In this document: piece by piece, positions 37,300-47,972 of the stretch
How positions within the stretch are numbered: the stretch's first letter is position 1
How the letters are laid out: every line of letters starts with the position of its first letter
From: Armatimonadota bacterium
GTDB taxonomy: Bacteria > Armatimonadota > SYMT01
Assembly (NCBI GenBank): GCA_046292385.1
Contig: JBKBRF010000016.1
Coordinates: 66,941-130,940 of the forward strand
Length of the DNA: 64,000 bases
Reading direction: 5' to 3'
The notes under the pieces: model-generated
The model's database searches: none
Seen by the model: only the letters and a program-made list of their open reading frames with translations
What the model was told of the DNA's origin: nothing
Translations under genes and position numbers: made by a program

Positions 37300-38139
37300 A
37301 TGCGGGATGAGCTGGAAGCCCTCGGCCGGGCGCTGCTCCAGGGGACCGTCGTCTCCGGCGCGCCTCCGCGGGCGGAGCTGCCGGAGCGGGTGGTGGTCGC
37401 CATTCCCGCGGGCGGGTTCGGCTACCGCATGCGCGCGGTGAACGACCAGGGCCCCGGCACGCAGAAGTCGCTCCTCCCCCTCCCCACCGGCGAGACGCTG
37501 ATCGGGCGGATCGTCCGCGAATACGCGGAGATCGGCGTGCGGCGGTTCGTCGCGCTGGTCAACTACGAAGGCCAGGCGGTGGAAGAACACCTGCGGGGCG
37601 GAGCGCCGTGGGGCGTGGAGGTCCGCTGCAGCTACGACCCGGAGCCGACCGGCAGCGGCCGCACCGGGGCGATGGTCCATGCCATGGACCAGGGACTGCT
37701 CCCCGAGGGCGCCGACGTGGTGGTGCACAACGCGGACTGCCACGTCTACGGCTACGACGGCAGCTTCCCGCGCGACCTGATCGCCACCCACGCGGAGGCG
37801 GTCCGCTCCCGGAACGCGATCGCTACGCTGGCGGCGGTCGACGGCTGGCGCTTCCCCTACACCGGGATGAGCCTCCGGGACGGCCAGGTGACCGACGTGG
37901 CGATGTACCCGTTCATCCCGATCCCCGCGCACACCGGCATCACCGTCGTCACCCCGGAAGCGCTCGCGGCGCTGCGGGAGCACCACACGCAGACCAAGCA
38001 GAACTTCGAGCGCGACATGTTCCCCCGCTGGGCCGCCGCCGGCCGCCTCGCGGCGATGGTCATCCGCCACGACCAGTGGGTCGCCGTCGACGACCGCAAG
38101 ACCTACCGGGAGTTCTCCAACGCCCTCTCCGGGACCTGA
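37300..38139 (+). CDS. Nucleotidyltransferase (NTP-sugar pyrophosphorylase-like)
   Basis: AGGAGG RBS. AIPAGGFGYRMR...QKSLL, VVHNAD, FERDMFP, WVAVD. Confidence 0.85.
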   Translation: MRDELEALGRALLQGTVVSGAPPRAELPERVVVAIPAGGFGYRMRAVNDQGPGTQKSLLPLPTGETLIGRIVREYAEIGVRRFVALVNYEGQAVEEHLRGGAPWGVEVRCSYDPEPTGSGRTGAMVHAMDQGLLPEGADVVVHNADCHVYGYDGSFPRDLIATHAEAVRSRNAIATLAAVDGWRFPYTGMSLRDGQVTDVAMYPFIPIPAHTGITVVTPEALAALREHHTQTKQNFERDMFPRWAAAGRLAAMVIRHDQWVAVDDRKTYREFSNALSGT

Positions 38140-38626
38140 TTCACCGCAGAGATTCTCCGGACCTGATTCACCACAGAGCTCACCGAGCGCACAGAGAGGA
38201 ACCGAACGGGGATTCACCGCAGAGAGCGCAGAGGACGCGGAGAGAACCCGGACCAGAACCGAACGGGACTTACCGCCAAGAACGCAAAGGACGCAGAGAG
38301 GGGAACAGGAGGCAACCCCGGGGACCGCTGTACGGGACTCGTGAGACGGACCAGGCTCACTCCTGGTTCCGGTTCTCTCCGAGCTCTCTGCGTCTCTGCG
38401 GTGAGTCCGGTTCGGATCGGGGCCGCAGCACGGAACTCGACAGGTGAGCCAGGCCGCAAACCCTCTCTGGTTCCCTCCTCTGCGTTCCCTCTGCGCTCTC
38501 CGCGTCCTCTGCGGTGAATTCCGGTTCGGACCGGGACCGCAGCGCGGGACTCGTGAAGAGAGGCAGGCCCAAAACTCCGTTCCCGTCTCTGTGCCCTCGG
38601 TGCGCTCTGTGGTGAATCAGGTTCGG
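38127..38626. repeat. Nested triple inverted-repeat element of the TCACCGCAGAG..CGCAGAG family, no internal gene
   Basis: Outer pair 38161-38197 / 38586-38622 matches 35 of 37 nt. Two further arm pairs lie inside. Confidence 0.88.
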
Positions 38627-38821
38627 GCACCTAAACCCAACACCCCTGCCTAAAACCTTCCCTCGTCGGCGGTGTCTCACGTCACCGTAGCCTCTTCGCA
38701 ACGGAAGGCCAACTACCCTGGCGAACAAGCGGGGGTACACTTCTCGTAAGTACCAAACGGCGCGGTGCGTGTCTGGCGGTCGTTCGCGCCGGGCGTGGGA
38801 TTGGTGAGGGACAGCATTTCT

Positions 38822-41683
38822 ATGCGGTGGACGGGACTGGTAACCGGTACGGTGGTGGTAGGCTGGTGCGCGGTCTCCGCGCTGGCGGCGGCGCAGAAGC
38901 CGGCGCCGCGGCGTCCGGCAAAGCCGGCGGTCAAGCCGCCGGTGAAGACGGCTCCGGCGAAGAAGCCTGCCCCGGCGGCGCCCGCCGCTCCCGCCGATCC
39001 GGCGGTCTCTCCGGAGGCGGCGGAGTTCTTCGAGAAGAAGATCCGGCCGGTGCTGGCGGAGCAGTGCTACTCCTGCCACGGCGCCAAGCTGCAGCAGGCG
39101 GGGCTCCGTCTCGATTCTCGCGCCGCCCTCCTGCGCGGAACCGACGCCGGGCATCCCTCGCTCGTGCCGGGCGAGCCGGATAAGAGCCCGCTGATCCAGG
39201 TGCTCCGCTTCGACGGCAAGGTGAAGATGCCGCCGCAGGGCAAGCTGGCCGATCCGGTGCTGGCCGACTTCACCGAGTGGGTGAAGATGGGGGCGCCCTG
39301 GCCGGGCGGGGGCGTCCAGGCGTCCGCGGCTCCGGACCCCGCGAAGCACTGGGCGTTCCAGCCGGTCCGCAAGCCGGCTCTCCCGACGGTGAAGAACACC
39401 GCGTGGGCCAAGACGCCGGTCGACACCTTCATCCTCTCCAAACTGGAAGCAAAGGGCCTCAAGCCGAGCCCGCCGACGGACCGCCGCACCCTGCTGCGCC
39501 GCGCCTCGTACGACCTGACCGGTCTTCCGCCCTCCGCGGAGGAGATCGAGGCGTTCGTGAACGATACCTCGCCCAACGCCTGGGAGAAGGCGGTGGACCG
39601 GCTCCTCGAGTCGCCGCACTACGGCGAGCGGTGGGCGCGGCACTGGATGGACGTCGCCCGCTACGCGGACACGAAGGGCTATGTCTTCCAGGAAGAGCGC
39701 CGCTACCCGTACGCCTACACCTACCGCGACTGGCTGATCGAGGCGTTCAACAAAGATCTGCCGTACGACCAGTTCCTGGTCCAGCAGATCGCGGCGGACC
39801 ACCTGGAGCTGGGCGACGACAAGCGCCCGCTGGCGGCGATGGGCTTCCTCACCCTGGGGCGCCGGTTCCTGAACAACCAGGCGGACATCATCGACGACCG
39901 GATGGACGTGGTCTTCCGCGGCGCCCAGGGGCTGACGGTTAGCTGCGCGCGCTGCCACGACCACAAGTTCGACCCGATCCCGATCAAGGACTACTACTCG
40001 CTCTACGGCGTTTTCGCCAGCTCCAGCGAGCCGCGCGACCTGCCGCTGATCTCCAAGCCGCAGCAGACGGCGGAGTACCTGGAGTTCGAGAAGCAGCTCC
40101 GGGAGCTCGAGGGCGCGGTCAACCAGTTCGTGGCGCAGGAGCGGGAGAAGGTGCTCGCCGATGCGCGAGCGAAGATCGCCGTCTCCATGCTCGCCGTGCG
40201 CGAGGTGGCCGCCGGAGCGGAAGCCCGCGCGGTCGCGGAAAAGCACGGGCTTCCGGCGGGCCTGGTGCAGCGGTGGCGCAACTTCCTGACCGCCACGTCT
40301 AAGACGCACCATCCGGTCTTTGCCGCGTGGCACGAGCTTTCGGCGATCCCGGATGCGGAATTCGCCGCCAAGGCTCCCGAGCTCGCCGCGAGATATGCCG
40401 CCAACGCGGACCCGCAGAAGCGGCTGAACAGCTTTGTCGCGAAGCTCTTCGAGGGCGCGCCGCCGGCCTCGCTGGCGGACGTGGCGGAGCGCTACGGCAA
40501 GCTGCTGGGCGGCGACTACGGCCAGCTCGGCGGCAGCGACGACGCCGCGCAGATCAAGCAGGCCCTCTACGCCATCGGCGCGCCGCTGGAGATCGACGGC
40601 GGGGAGGCCGAGCGGCTCTTCAACCGGGACCAGCGGAACCGGCTCCAGGAGCTGCGGCAGAAGGTCGACGCCTTCAAAGTCAACTCCCCGGCCGCGCCCC
40701 CGCGCGCGATGGTGCTGGTCGACAACCCGCAGCCGACCAATCCCCGCGTCTTCCTGCGGGGGAATCCGAACAACCCCGGTCCGGAAGTGCCGCGCCAGTT
40801 CCTGGCAGTGCTCTCCGGTCCGGAGCGGCAGCCGTTCCAGAAAGGCAGTGGCCGCCTGGAGCTGGCGCAGCAGATCGCCAGCGAGCAGAACCCGCTGACC
40901 GCGCGCGTGATGGTGAACCGGGTCTGGGGACTCCACTTCGGAACGCCGCTGGTGGACACTCCGAGCGACTTCGGCCTGCGGACCGAGCGTCCGATCCACG
41001 CGGGTCTGCTCGACTACCTGGCGTGGAAGTTCATGGAGAGCGGGTGGTCGCTGAAGACGCTGCACAAGGAGATCCTGCTCACCGCGGCCTATCGCCAGAG
41101 CAGCGCCTTCAACGCCGCGGCGGCGAAGGTCGATCCGGAGAACAGCCTCTACTGGCGGGCCAACCGGCAGCGGCTCGACTGGGAAGCGCTGCGCGACACG
41201 CTCCTCGCCGCGGCGGGTAAGCTCGACCTGACGGTCGGCGGCCCCTCGGTCGATATCCTGACGCCGCCCTTCGCGCCGCGGCGGACGGTCTACGGCTTCA
41301 TCGACCGCCAGAACCTGCCGGGGCTGTTCCGCGTCTTTGACCTGGCGAGCCCGGATACCCACAGCCCGGCCCGCTACGAGACGACGGTGCCGCAGCAGGC
41401 GCTGTTCCTGATGAACAGCCCGTTCATCGTGCAGCAGGCCAAGAACCTGGCGGCGCGGCCGGACGTGACGGCGGAGAAGACGCCGGAGGCGAGGATCCAG
41501 CGCCTCTACCGCGTGGTCTACGGGCGCGCCGCCGCCGCGGATGAGATCGCGCTCGGCCTGAAGTTCCTGAACGGCGCGGGAGTGACGCTGGCGGCGAGCC
41601 AGTCTACCGGCGAGAAGCTCTCCCCGTGGGAGCGGTACGCGCAAGCACTTTTGATGTCGAACGAGCTGGCATTCGTGGACTGA
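38822..41683 (+). CDS. PSD1 / planctomycete cytochrome c domain protein (DUF1549/DUF1553)
   Basis: FFEKKIRPVL..CYSCH, HWAFQP, YGERWARHWMDVARYADT, CARCHDHKFDP, TARVMVNRVW. Confidence 0.93.
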   Translation: MRWTGLVTGTVVVGWCAVSALAAAQKPAPRRPAKPAVKPPVKTAPAKKPAPAAPAAPADPAVSPEAAEFFEKKIRPVLAEQCYSCHGAKLQQAGLRLDSRAALLRGTDAGHPSLVPGEPDKSPLIQVLRFDGKVKMPPQGKLADPVLADFTEWVKMGAPWPGGGVQASAAPDPAKHWAFQPVRKPALPTVKNTAWAKTPVDTFILSKLEAKGLKPSPPTDRRTLLRRASYDLTGLPPSAEEIEAFVNDTSPNAWEKAVDRLLESPHYGERWARHWMDVARYADTKGYVFQEERRYPYAYTYRDWLIEAFNKDLPYDQFLVQQIAADHLELGDDKRPLAAMGFLTLGRRFLNNQADIIDDRMDVVFRGAQGLTVSCARCHDHKFDPIPIKDYYSLYGVFASSSEPRDLPLISKPQQTAEYLEFEKQLRELEGAVNQFVAQEREKVLADARAKIAVSMLAVREVAAGAEARAVAEKHGLPAGLVQRWRNFLTATSKTHHPVFAAWHELSAIPDAEFAAKAPELAARYAANADPQKRLNSFVAKLFEGAPPASLADVAERYGKLLGGDYGQLGGSDDAAQIKQALYAIGAPLEIDGGEAERLFNRDQRNRLQELRQKVDAFKVNSPAAPPRAMVLVDNPQPTNPRVFLRGNPNNPGPEVPRQFLAVLSGPERQPFQKGSGRLELAQQIASEQNPLTARVMVNRVWGLHFGTPLVDTPSDFGLRTERPIHAGLLDYLAWKFMESGWSLKTLHKEILLTAAYRQSSAFNAAAAKVDPENSLYWRANRQRLDWEALRDTLLAAAGKLDLTVGGPSVDILTPPFAPRRTVYGFIDRQNLPGLFRVFDLASPDTHSPARYETTVPQQALFLMNSPFIVQQAKNLAARPDVTAEKTPEARIQRLYRVVYGRAAAADEIALGLKFLNGAGVTLAASQSTGEKLSPWERYAQALLMSNELAFVD

Positions 41684-41691
41684 GAGCAACC

Positions 41692-43155
<1,464 letters not shown>

Positions 43156-43156
43156 A

Positions 43157-43350
43157 GTAGTCCGCATCGCGCAGTGCGTCGCGGAGTGCCTTCACCGCCT
43201 GGCGTGAGATCGTGCCGGGCGAGGCGCTGCTTTGCGGGCCGCCGAGGGGTTTAGAGCCTCTTCGGCGGCCCGTGGTCTTATTGCGCATCTCGTATCCCGT
43301 AGCGAGTCGCGGATCCCGCTCACCGGAACATCGTGCCGAACGTGAAGCTC
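43157..43350. repeat. Two degenerate half-copies of the (SCGTATT)n palindromic element
   Basis: gtagtccgcatcgcgcagtgcgtcgcg...tcgtgccgggcg and tattgcgcatctcgtatcccgtagcg...caccggaacatcgtgccg. Confidence 0.6.
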
Positions 43351-43430
43351 TCTCGCCGCGATCCATTCTCGCGGCTTCTCACCCGGCGGTGTGACTCCGC
43401 GGCGAGATCCCCACCAATGGGTGCGGAACC

Positions 43431-44369
43431 TCACTCCGCCTCGCCGACCGGCCGCGCGGTAAGCCGGATCTCGACCCGGACGGCTCGCTCACCGGGGAGC
43501 TGCACCTGCGAGATGCGAGTAATCCGGTCCGGCTGAAGCTGCGTGGTGTTCCGGAGGCGCTTGACGAGGCGGTCCGGCGCCCCGGCGCCTTCCTCAAGCG
43601 GGAGCTGGATGTCCCAATCGCTCTCGATATCGATGCGGCCGTCCTGGCGCAGGGTGGGAGTCAGCGTTACCTTGAGCCGGGAGGCTCCCTCCGGTCCCTC
43701 CACCTCCTCGTCCAGCACCAGTACCGTGCCACTCATGGTGCGGCCCTCGGTCGAGAACGACTTGCCTCCGATCACCGCCACTTCCGCCCGGACCTCCACC
43801 GCGGAAGTCTCCACGTCGAGCATCATCACGATCTCGGTGAGCTTCTCCAGGTCCTCCCGGGACGCCTTGACGAGCAGGCTGTTGTCCCGCGGGGAGGCGA
43901 CCACGGTCTCCACGCCCGGCGGCATCAGCGCCGCGTTTCCGGTGAGGAACTCCGCCACCTCCGCGGCCGGACGGAACCGGAGCCGGTACACCTGGAACAG
44001 AGTTTCGGCGGCTGGCGGCGCCGTCCGCTGCGCTGAGATGTGATACACCCCGCCCTGCACCGAGTAGGTGAGTCGCTGTTTGTCGCTGCTGGCGGCTTGC
44101 AGGAGCAGGCGCAGCGCATTCGGCAGCGGGGTGTCGGTCACCTGGAGCGACACCGGGTCGTTCCCGACTTCACCGGTGACGTTGTAGGAGAGCTTCGAGC
44201 CACTGAAGAGCAGGCCGAGCGCATCCCGGAGCGGCACCGTCTTGATGTCGAGCGTCACCCGCCGCACCGGCTGCTGCGCGGCGGCCTGCGCCGCCTGAGC
44301 TCGCGGCGCGGACAGCATTGGGATCACCATCAGGGACGCACTCAGTCCCAGGGCAGTCCAACGGATCAT
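43431..44369 (-). CDS. Exported protein with STN/secretin N-terminal-like domains and a short beta C-terminus
   Basis: GAGGAGG RBS, signal peptide. VTLDIKTVPLRDALGLL (N0/STN-like), VYRLRFRPAAEVAEFL...DNSLLVKA...IVMMLDV (Secretin_N-like). Confidence 0.8.
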   Translation of the reverse strand: MIRWTALGLSASLMVIPMLSAPRAQAAQAAAQQPVRRVTLDIKTVPLRDALGLLFSGSKLSYNVTGEVGNDPVSLQVTDTPLPNALRLLLQAASSDKQRLTYSVQGGVYHISAQRTAPPAAETLFQVYRLRFRPAAEVAEFLTGNAALMPPGVETVVASPRDNSLLVKASREDLEKLTEIVMMLDVETSAVEVRAEVAVIGGKSFSTEGRTMSGTVLVLDEEVEGPEGASRLKVTLTPTLRQDGRIDIESDWDIQLPLEEGAGAPDRLVKRLRNTTQLQPDRITRISQVQLPGERAVRVEIRLTARPVGEAE

Positions 44370-45184
44370 TGCGTCTCCTCCTCTCGCGTGCGAACCACCA
44401 CGACCGACGCGCGCGAGGCATCCTCGTCCGCGCGGATCGTTACGGAAATCGTCTCCCGGGCCGGCGGCGAGAGCGGCCCCTCCGCCTGGATCACCACGTG
44501 CTCCCCGGTCCCGCCGGGTGGCTCCGGCCAGGTCAGCTCCGGCGCCGGCCCGGGCGCGGGCTGCCGCTGCGGACGCTCGGTGACGCGCCGGGGCTCCGGG
44601 CGCGGCTCCCGCACCGCCACCTGCCGAGGCCGCCGGACTCGCGGTGACGGGCGGTGCTTCCTTCGGGGTGGGGCGGCTTCTATCGGCGTCGCCGCCACCA
44701 CCCGCTCCGGCTCGACCGGCACCTCCGGCGGCGCGACGTCCGGGTGCGGAACGGGGACCGCCGGCGTCTCGGCGGTCCGTTCCACCGCCGTCTGCCGGGT
44801 ATCGGTGCCGGTGCCCTTCGGCAGGGTCGCCAGGTAGGCGCCGGCGGCAGCCGCCACCGCGGTGGCAGCGACTGCCCAGCGGCGAGGCGCGGGCTGCAGC
44901 CGCGCCAGCACGGTCCAGGTGAAGGCCGCCTTCCGCCGCGGCGGCAGCGAGGCCGCGGCACGGCCGACCAGTCTCTCGCGCATCGCGTCCGCGCTCGGAG
45001 CCTCCCACGCGGGATCGGCGCGGCGGACAAGGTGCGAGACCTTCTCAAGCTCATCCACCGCCTGGCGGCAGACGCGGCAGCGTTCCAGGTGCCGCGTCAC
45101 CTCGCCGCTCCGGTGAGGCGGCAGCACCTCGTCCGCCAGCGCGAGCGCCTCCGGAAGCCACGAGCATTCCTCTCGGTCAGACAC
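44366..45184 (-). CDS. Zinc-finger (ZAS, HxxxCxxC) membrane anti-sigma factor
   Basis: HLERCRVC, one TM helix, Pro/Arg-rich C-terminus. GTG start overlaps the sigma stop. Confidence 0.8.
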   Translation of the reverse strand: MSDREECSWLPEALALADEVLPPHRSGEVTRHLERCRVCRQAVDELEKVSHLVRRADPAWEAPSADAMRERLVGRAAASLPPRRKAAFTWTVLARLQPAPRRWAVAATAVAAAAGAYLATLPKGTGTDTRQTAVERTAETPAVPVPHPDVAPPEVPVEPERVVAATPIEAAPPRRKHRPSPRVRRPRQVAVREPRPEPRRVTERPQRQPAPGPAPELTWPEPPGGTGEHVVIQAEGPLSPPARETISVTIRADEDASRASVVVVRTREEETQ

Positions 45185-45737
45185 GACAGTCCTCCTCTTC
45201 CAGCACCGGCCGGAGCCGCCTCCGCAGCGCGCAGCGGGCACGGTGGGCGATGACCCGCGCGTTCCCCTCCGAGCAGCCGAGGATCTCCCCGATCTCCCGG
45301 TGTGAGCGCCCCTCGTATTCCCGCAGGATCACTGCCAGCCGCTGTTCTTCCGGCAGCTCCAGCAGCGCCCGCCGCACCTGCTCTCGCAGGTTCGCCTCCA
45401 GCAGACCCCGCTCCGGCTCGCAGCCCGTCCCCGCCAGCTCGTCCCCCGCCTCCGCGCGCTCCTCGCCGCGCTGCTTCCGGCGTCGGAGATCGTCCAGGGC
45501 GGCGTGGCGCGCGATCGTGTAGATCCACGAGGCGAGCGCCCCGCCCCCGAAGCGGCTTCGGTACTGCCACACCCGCCAGAACACTTCCTGCGTGGTGTCT
45601 TCCGCGGCGGTGGCGTCCCCCATGAAGCGGCAGAGAAAGCGGAAGACGGCCGGCTGGTGACGCGTGAACAGGTCCCCCAGGGCCGCGGCGTCTCCTCCCT
45701 GGATCCGCCGCATCAGCTCGTCATCGGAGGCCGCCAT
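45177..45737 (-). CDS. ECF sigma-70 factor
   Basis: DDELMRR..GD, AEDTTQEVF, SWIYTIARH, LPEEQR.AVILR..EG.S..EI.EILG. Confidence 0.95.
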   Translation of the reverse strand: MAASDDELMRRIQGGDAAALGDLFTRHQPAVFRFLCRFMGDATAAEDTTQEVFWRVWQYRSRFGGGALASWIYTIARHAALDDLRRRKQRGEERAEAGDELAGTGCEPERGLLEANLREQVRRALLELPEEQRLAVILREYEGRSHREIGEILGCSEGNARVIAHRARCALRRRLRPVLEEEDCRV

Positions 45738-45810
45738 CCTGAAGAGAGAACTCGCGGGCGCGGCGAAACGTTACAGGGATCCGGTCGCCGGGTTGCCGTG
45801 CGAAAGGCTG

Positions 45811-45961
45811 GCGTATTGCGTATTCCGTATTGCGTAGCGGCGGGCCTCGACCGCTTTCCAGAGCGTCGTGCCGGGCGCGGCGCTGAAGGGGCTTCGCCCG
45901 GCACGACGTTCCGGTGAAGTGGGAGCAGCGCCTCGCTACGGAATACGCAATACGCGATACG
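45811..45961. repeat. ~150-bp palindromic element, (SCGTATT)n family, copy 2
   Basis: gcgtattgcgtattccgtattgcgtagcg ... cgtcgtgccgggcg ... cgcccggcacgacg ... cgctacggaatacgcaatacgcgatacg. Confidence 0.9.
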
Positions 45962-45984
45962 AGGCTGCTCGCCCGGCAACCAAC

Positions 45985-46944
45985 CTACCCGATGCGATCC
46001 AGCAATCGCTCGACGAAGGCGTCCGCGTCCACCTCGAGACAGACTTCGCTGTTTGGCGTGGGACGGGGTCCGAAGTTGCCCACGCGGAAATCGGCGACGG
46101 TCATGCCGCGGGTGAGCCGGCCCCGGGTCTCCACGTCGACCCGGAGCGGGACCGAGCGCAGCAGGTCGGGCCAGATCGCGGCGCCGACGGCGAGCGGATC
46201 GTGGAGGTAGCAGCCCCACTCCCCCGTCTCCCGGTGGTGGAAGCCGAAGGTGAACTCGCAGATCTCGCGGATGAAGCGGCTGCGCAGGGAGGGGGCAGAC
46301 GGCGGGCGGAGCTGGTCGCGGCGCAGGACGCAGCGGTGGGTGCAGTCGACCGGAACCCAGCGCAGCGGAATGCCGGAGTCGCAGACCGCCTGCGCCGACT
46401 CCGGATCGACCACCACGTTGTACTCCGCCCAGGGGGTGGTGTTTCCCGGCACCCGGAAGGCGCCGCCCATGATCACGACCTCGCGCAGCAGCCGGGCGGC
46501 CTGCCGGTCTCGGGACAGCGCGAGCGCGAGGTTCGTGAGCGGGCCGAGGGTGATGAGGGTCACCTCCCCCGGATGCTGTCTCGCCAGCCGGAGGATCGCC
46601 GCGGCGGCGTCCTCCCGTTCCACCGGGGCCGCCGCCGGATAGAGCGGCGCGCCCGCCTCGTCGAGCAGCTCCGAGACGCCGCCCAGGCCGTCCGGTCCGT
46701 GGACGTGCGCCGCCGGCTCGGTCGCCTCGGCGGCGCCGCGATAGATCGGCGGCAGCGGCCGGCCCGCCCACGCGATCGGGACGATGCGGCGGACGTTCTC
46801 CGTCACGAGATCGAGCCCGACGTTCCCGCCCACGGTGGTGACGGCGAGAACGTCGAGCTCGGGAGAAGCGCCCGCCAGGAGCAGCGCGAGGGCGTCGTCG
46901 ACGCCCGGGTCCGTATCGATGATCACAGGAGACGGACCGGGCAT
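45985..46944 (-). CDS. Nucleoside hydrolase (IUNH family)
   Basis: IIDTDPGVDD, VHGPDGLG, LGPLTN, MGGA, AEYN, LHDP. Confidence 0.95.
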   Translation of the reverse strand: MPGPSPVIIDTDPGVDDALALLLAGASPELDVLAVTTVGGNVGLDLVTENVRRIVPIAWAGRPLPPIYRGAAEATEPAAHVHGPDGLGGVSELLDEAGAPLYPAAAPVEREDAAAAILRLARQHPGEVTLITLGPLTNLALALSRDRQAARLLREVVIMGGAFRVPGNTTPWAEYNVVVDPESAQAVCDSGIPLRWVPVDCTHRCVLRRDQLRPPSAPSLRSRFIREICEFTFGFHHRETGEWGCYLHDPLAVGAAIWPDLLRSVPLRVDVETRGRLTRGMTVADFRVGNFGPRPTPNSEVCLEVDADAFVERLLDRIG

Positions 46945-46959
46945 CGGCGGGGGTCTCTA

Positions 46960-47667
46960 CTAGCGGAAGTCGAGGAAGCGGACGGCGGCGGGCAGGCCTT
47001 CCGTGCTGAGCGTTAGCTTCGCCTGGCCCGGCTCTTCCGCCTGCACGGTGATGATCGCCTCGCCGTCGCTGTCGGTGATCTCCGCGTCGTCGTCCAGCTC
47101 CAGGCCCTCCGCCTTGATGCTGATCCGGACGCCCGGAACCGGCTTGCGCTTGGAGTCGAGCACCGTCACCGTCAGGTCGTAGCTCGGCAGCTCCGGCTCC
47201 TCGCCGGCGGTGGCGGGCTTCGGCTCCGGGTCTTCCACCTTCTCCACCACCACGTCCATGAATGCCGGCCGCACCTTGCTGTTGCGGATCCCCAGGGTGA
47301 GCTCCTCGCTGGCGTCGATCGCCCGGCCGAGCTGGATGGTGCGGTACTTCACCGTGGCAAAGTAGAGTCCGTCCTTCGTCTTTTCCCCGCCGGGGAGCCG
47401 GGTCGTGTCCCAGTCGACCGAGTAGAGGCCGGTCGCCGGATCGCGCTGGGCCGTGAGCGTGAGCACCTTCTTCCCGTACTCGTCCTGGATCTCCATCTCC
47501 GGGCTGGTGAGGAAGCGCTCCTGTTCATCCAGGACGGTGCGGACCTGGAACTTCACGGTGCCCTGGAGCACCTGCTTGTCTTTGGGGGCGAGGATCGTTA
47601 ACTGCGCGGCGTAGGCCGGCGCCAGGGCGGCACACGCGAGCGCAGAGAAAAGGGCTAGTCGTTTCAC
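46960..47667 (-). CDS. Exported protein with Ig-like (Big/invasin-type) domains
   Basis: Signal peptide. YSVDWDTT...DGLY and LTVTVLDS...PVPGV.I...ITDSDGEA. Confidence 0.75.
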   Translation of the reverse strand: MKRLALFSALACAALAPAYAAQLTILAPKDKQVLQGTVKFQVRTVLDEQERFLTSPEMEIQDEYGKKVLTLTAQRDPATGLYSVDWDTTRLPGGEKTKDGLYFATVKYRTIQLGRAIDASEELTLGIRNSKVRPAFMDVVVEKVEDPEPKPATAGEEPELPSYDLTVTVLDSKRKPVPGVRISIKAEGLELDDDAEITDSDGEAIITVQAEEPGQAKLTLSTEGLPAAVRFLDFR

Positions 47668-47778
47668 GGGGAACTCCAGGCGCGCCCGGCGAGGGGCCGG
47701 AACCGGGCGGTAGGGCGTGCGCCGGCCTCACCCTTAGGACGGGACGATCCGGGCCGGAGTTCCTCCGATCTCGGCTAG

Positions 47779-47972
47779 CCCGGATTGTTCACGAGGGCCT
47801 GGAGAGGCTGATAGCCTGCGGAGTTGCACCCACGCCTCGGCCGGACTGAAGCGAGAACCGCGCAGGCTAGGAGGGAGGGCTCGGGCGGCCTGCGTAGGCC
47901 GGACGAGTGCTCCTGACGACGCATCCGCGGTCCGCAGCCAGTCCGGCACCGGGCAATCGTGAATAATTCGGA
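47779..47972. mobile_element. Putative ~194-bp MITE with 16-bp imperfect terminal inverted repeats
   Basis: CCCGGATTGTTCACGA ... TCGTGAATAATTCGGA (13/16, all transitions), flanked by CTAG and TTAA. Confidence 0.55.

Noticed and set aside
38127..38626. Possible CRISPR array (recurring ~40-nt units with intervening sequence)
   Set aside because: The units are divergent, switch orientation midway and are irregularly spaced, and there are no cas genes. It is better described as nested inverted repeats.
47680..47972. 6S RNA or hammerhead ribozyme
   Set aside because: There is no CUGANGA...GAAA core and no single long rod with a central bubble. The terminal IRs fit a MITE better.
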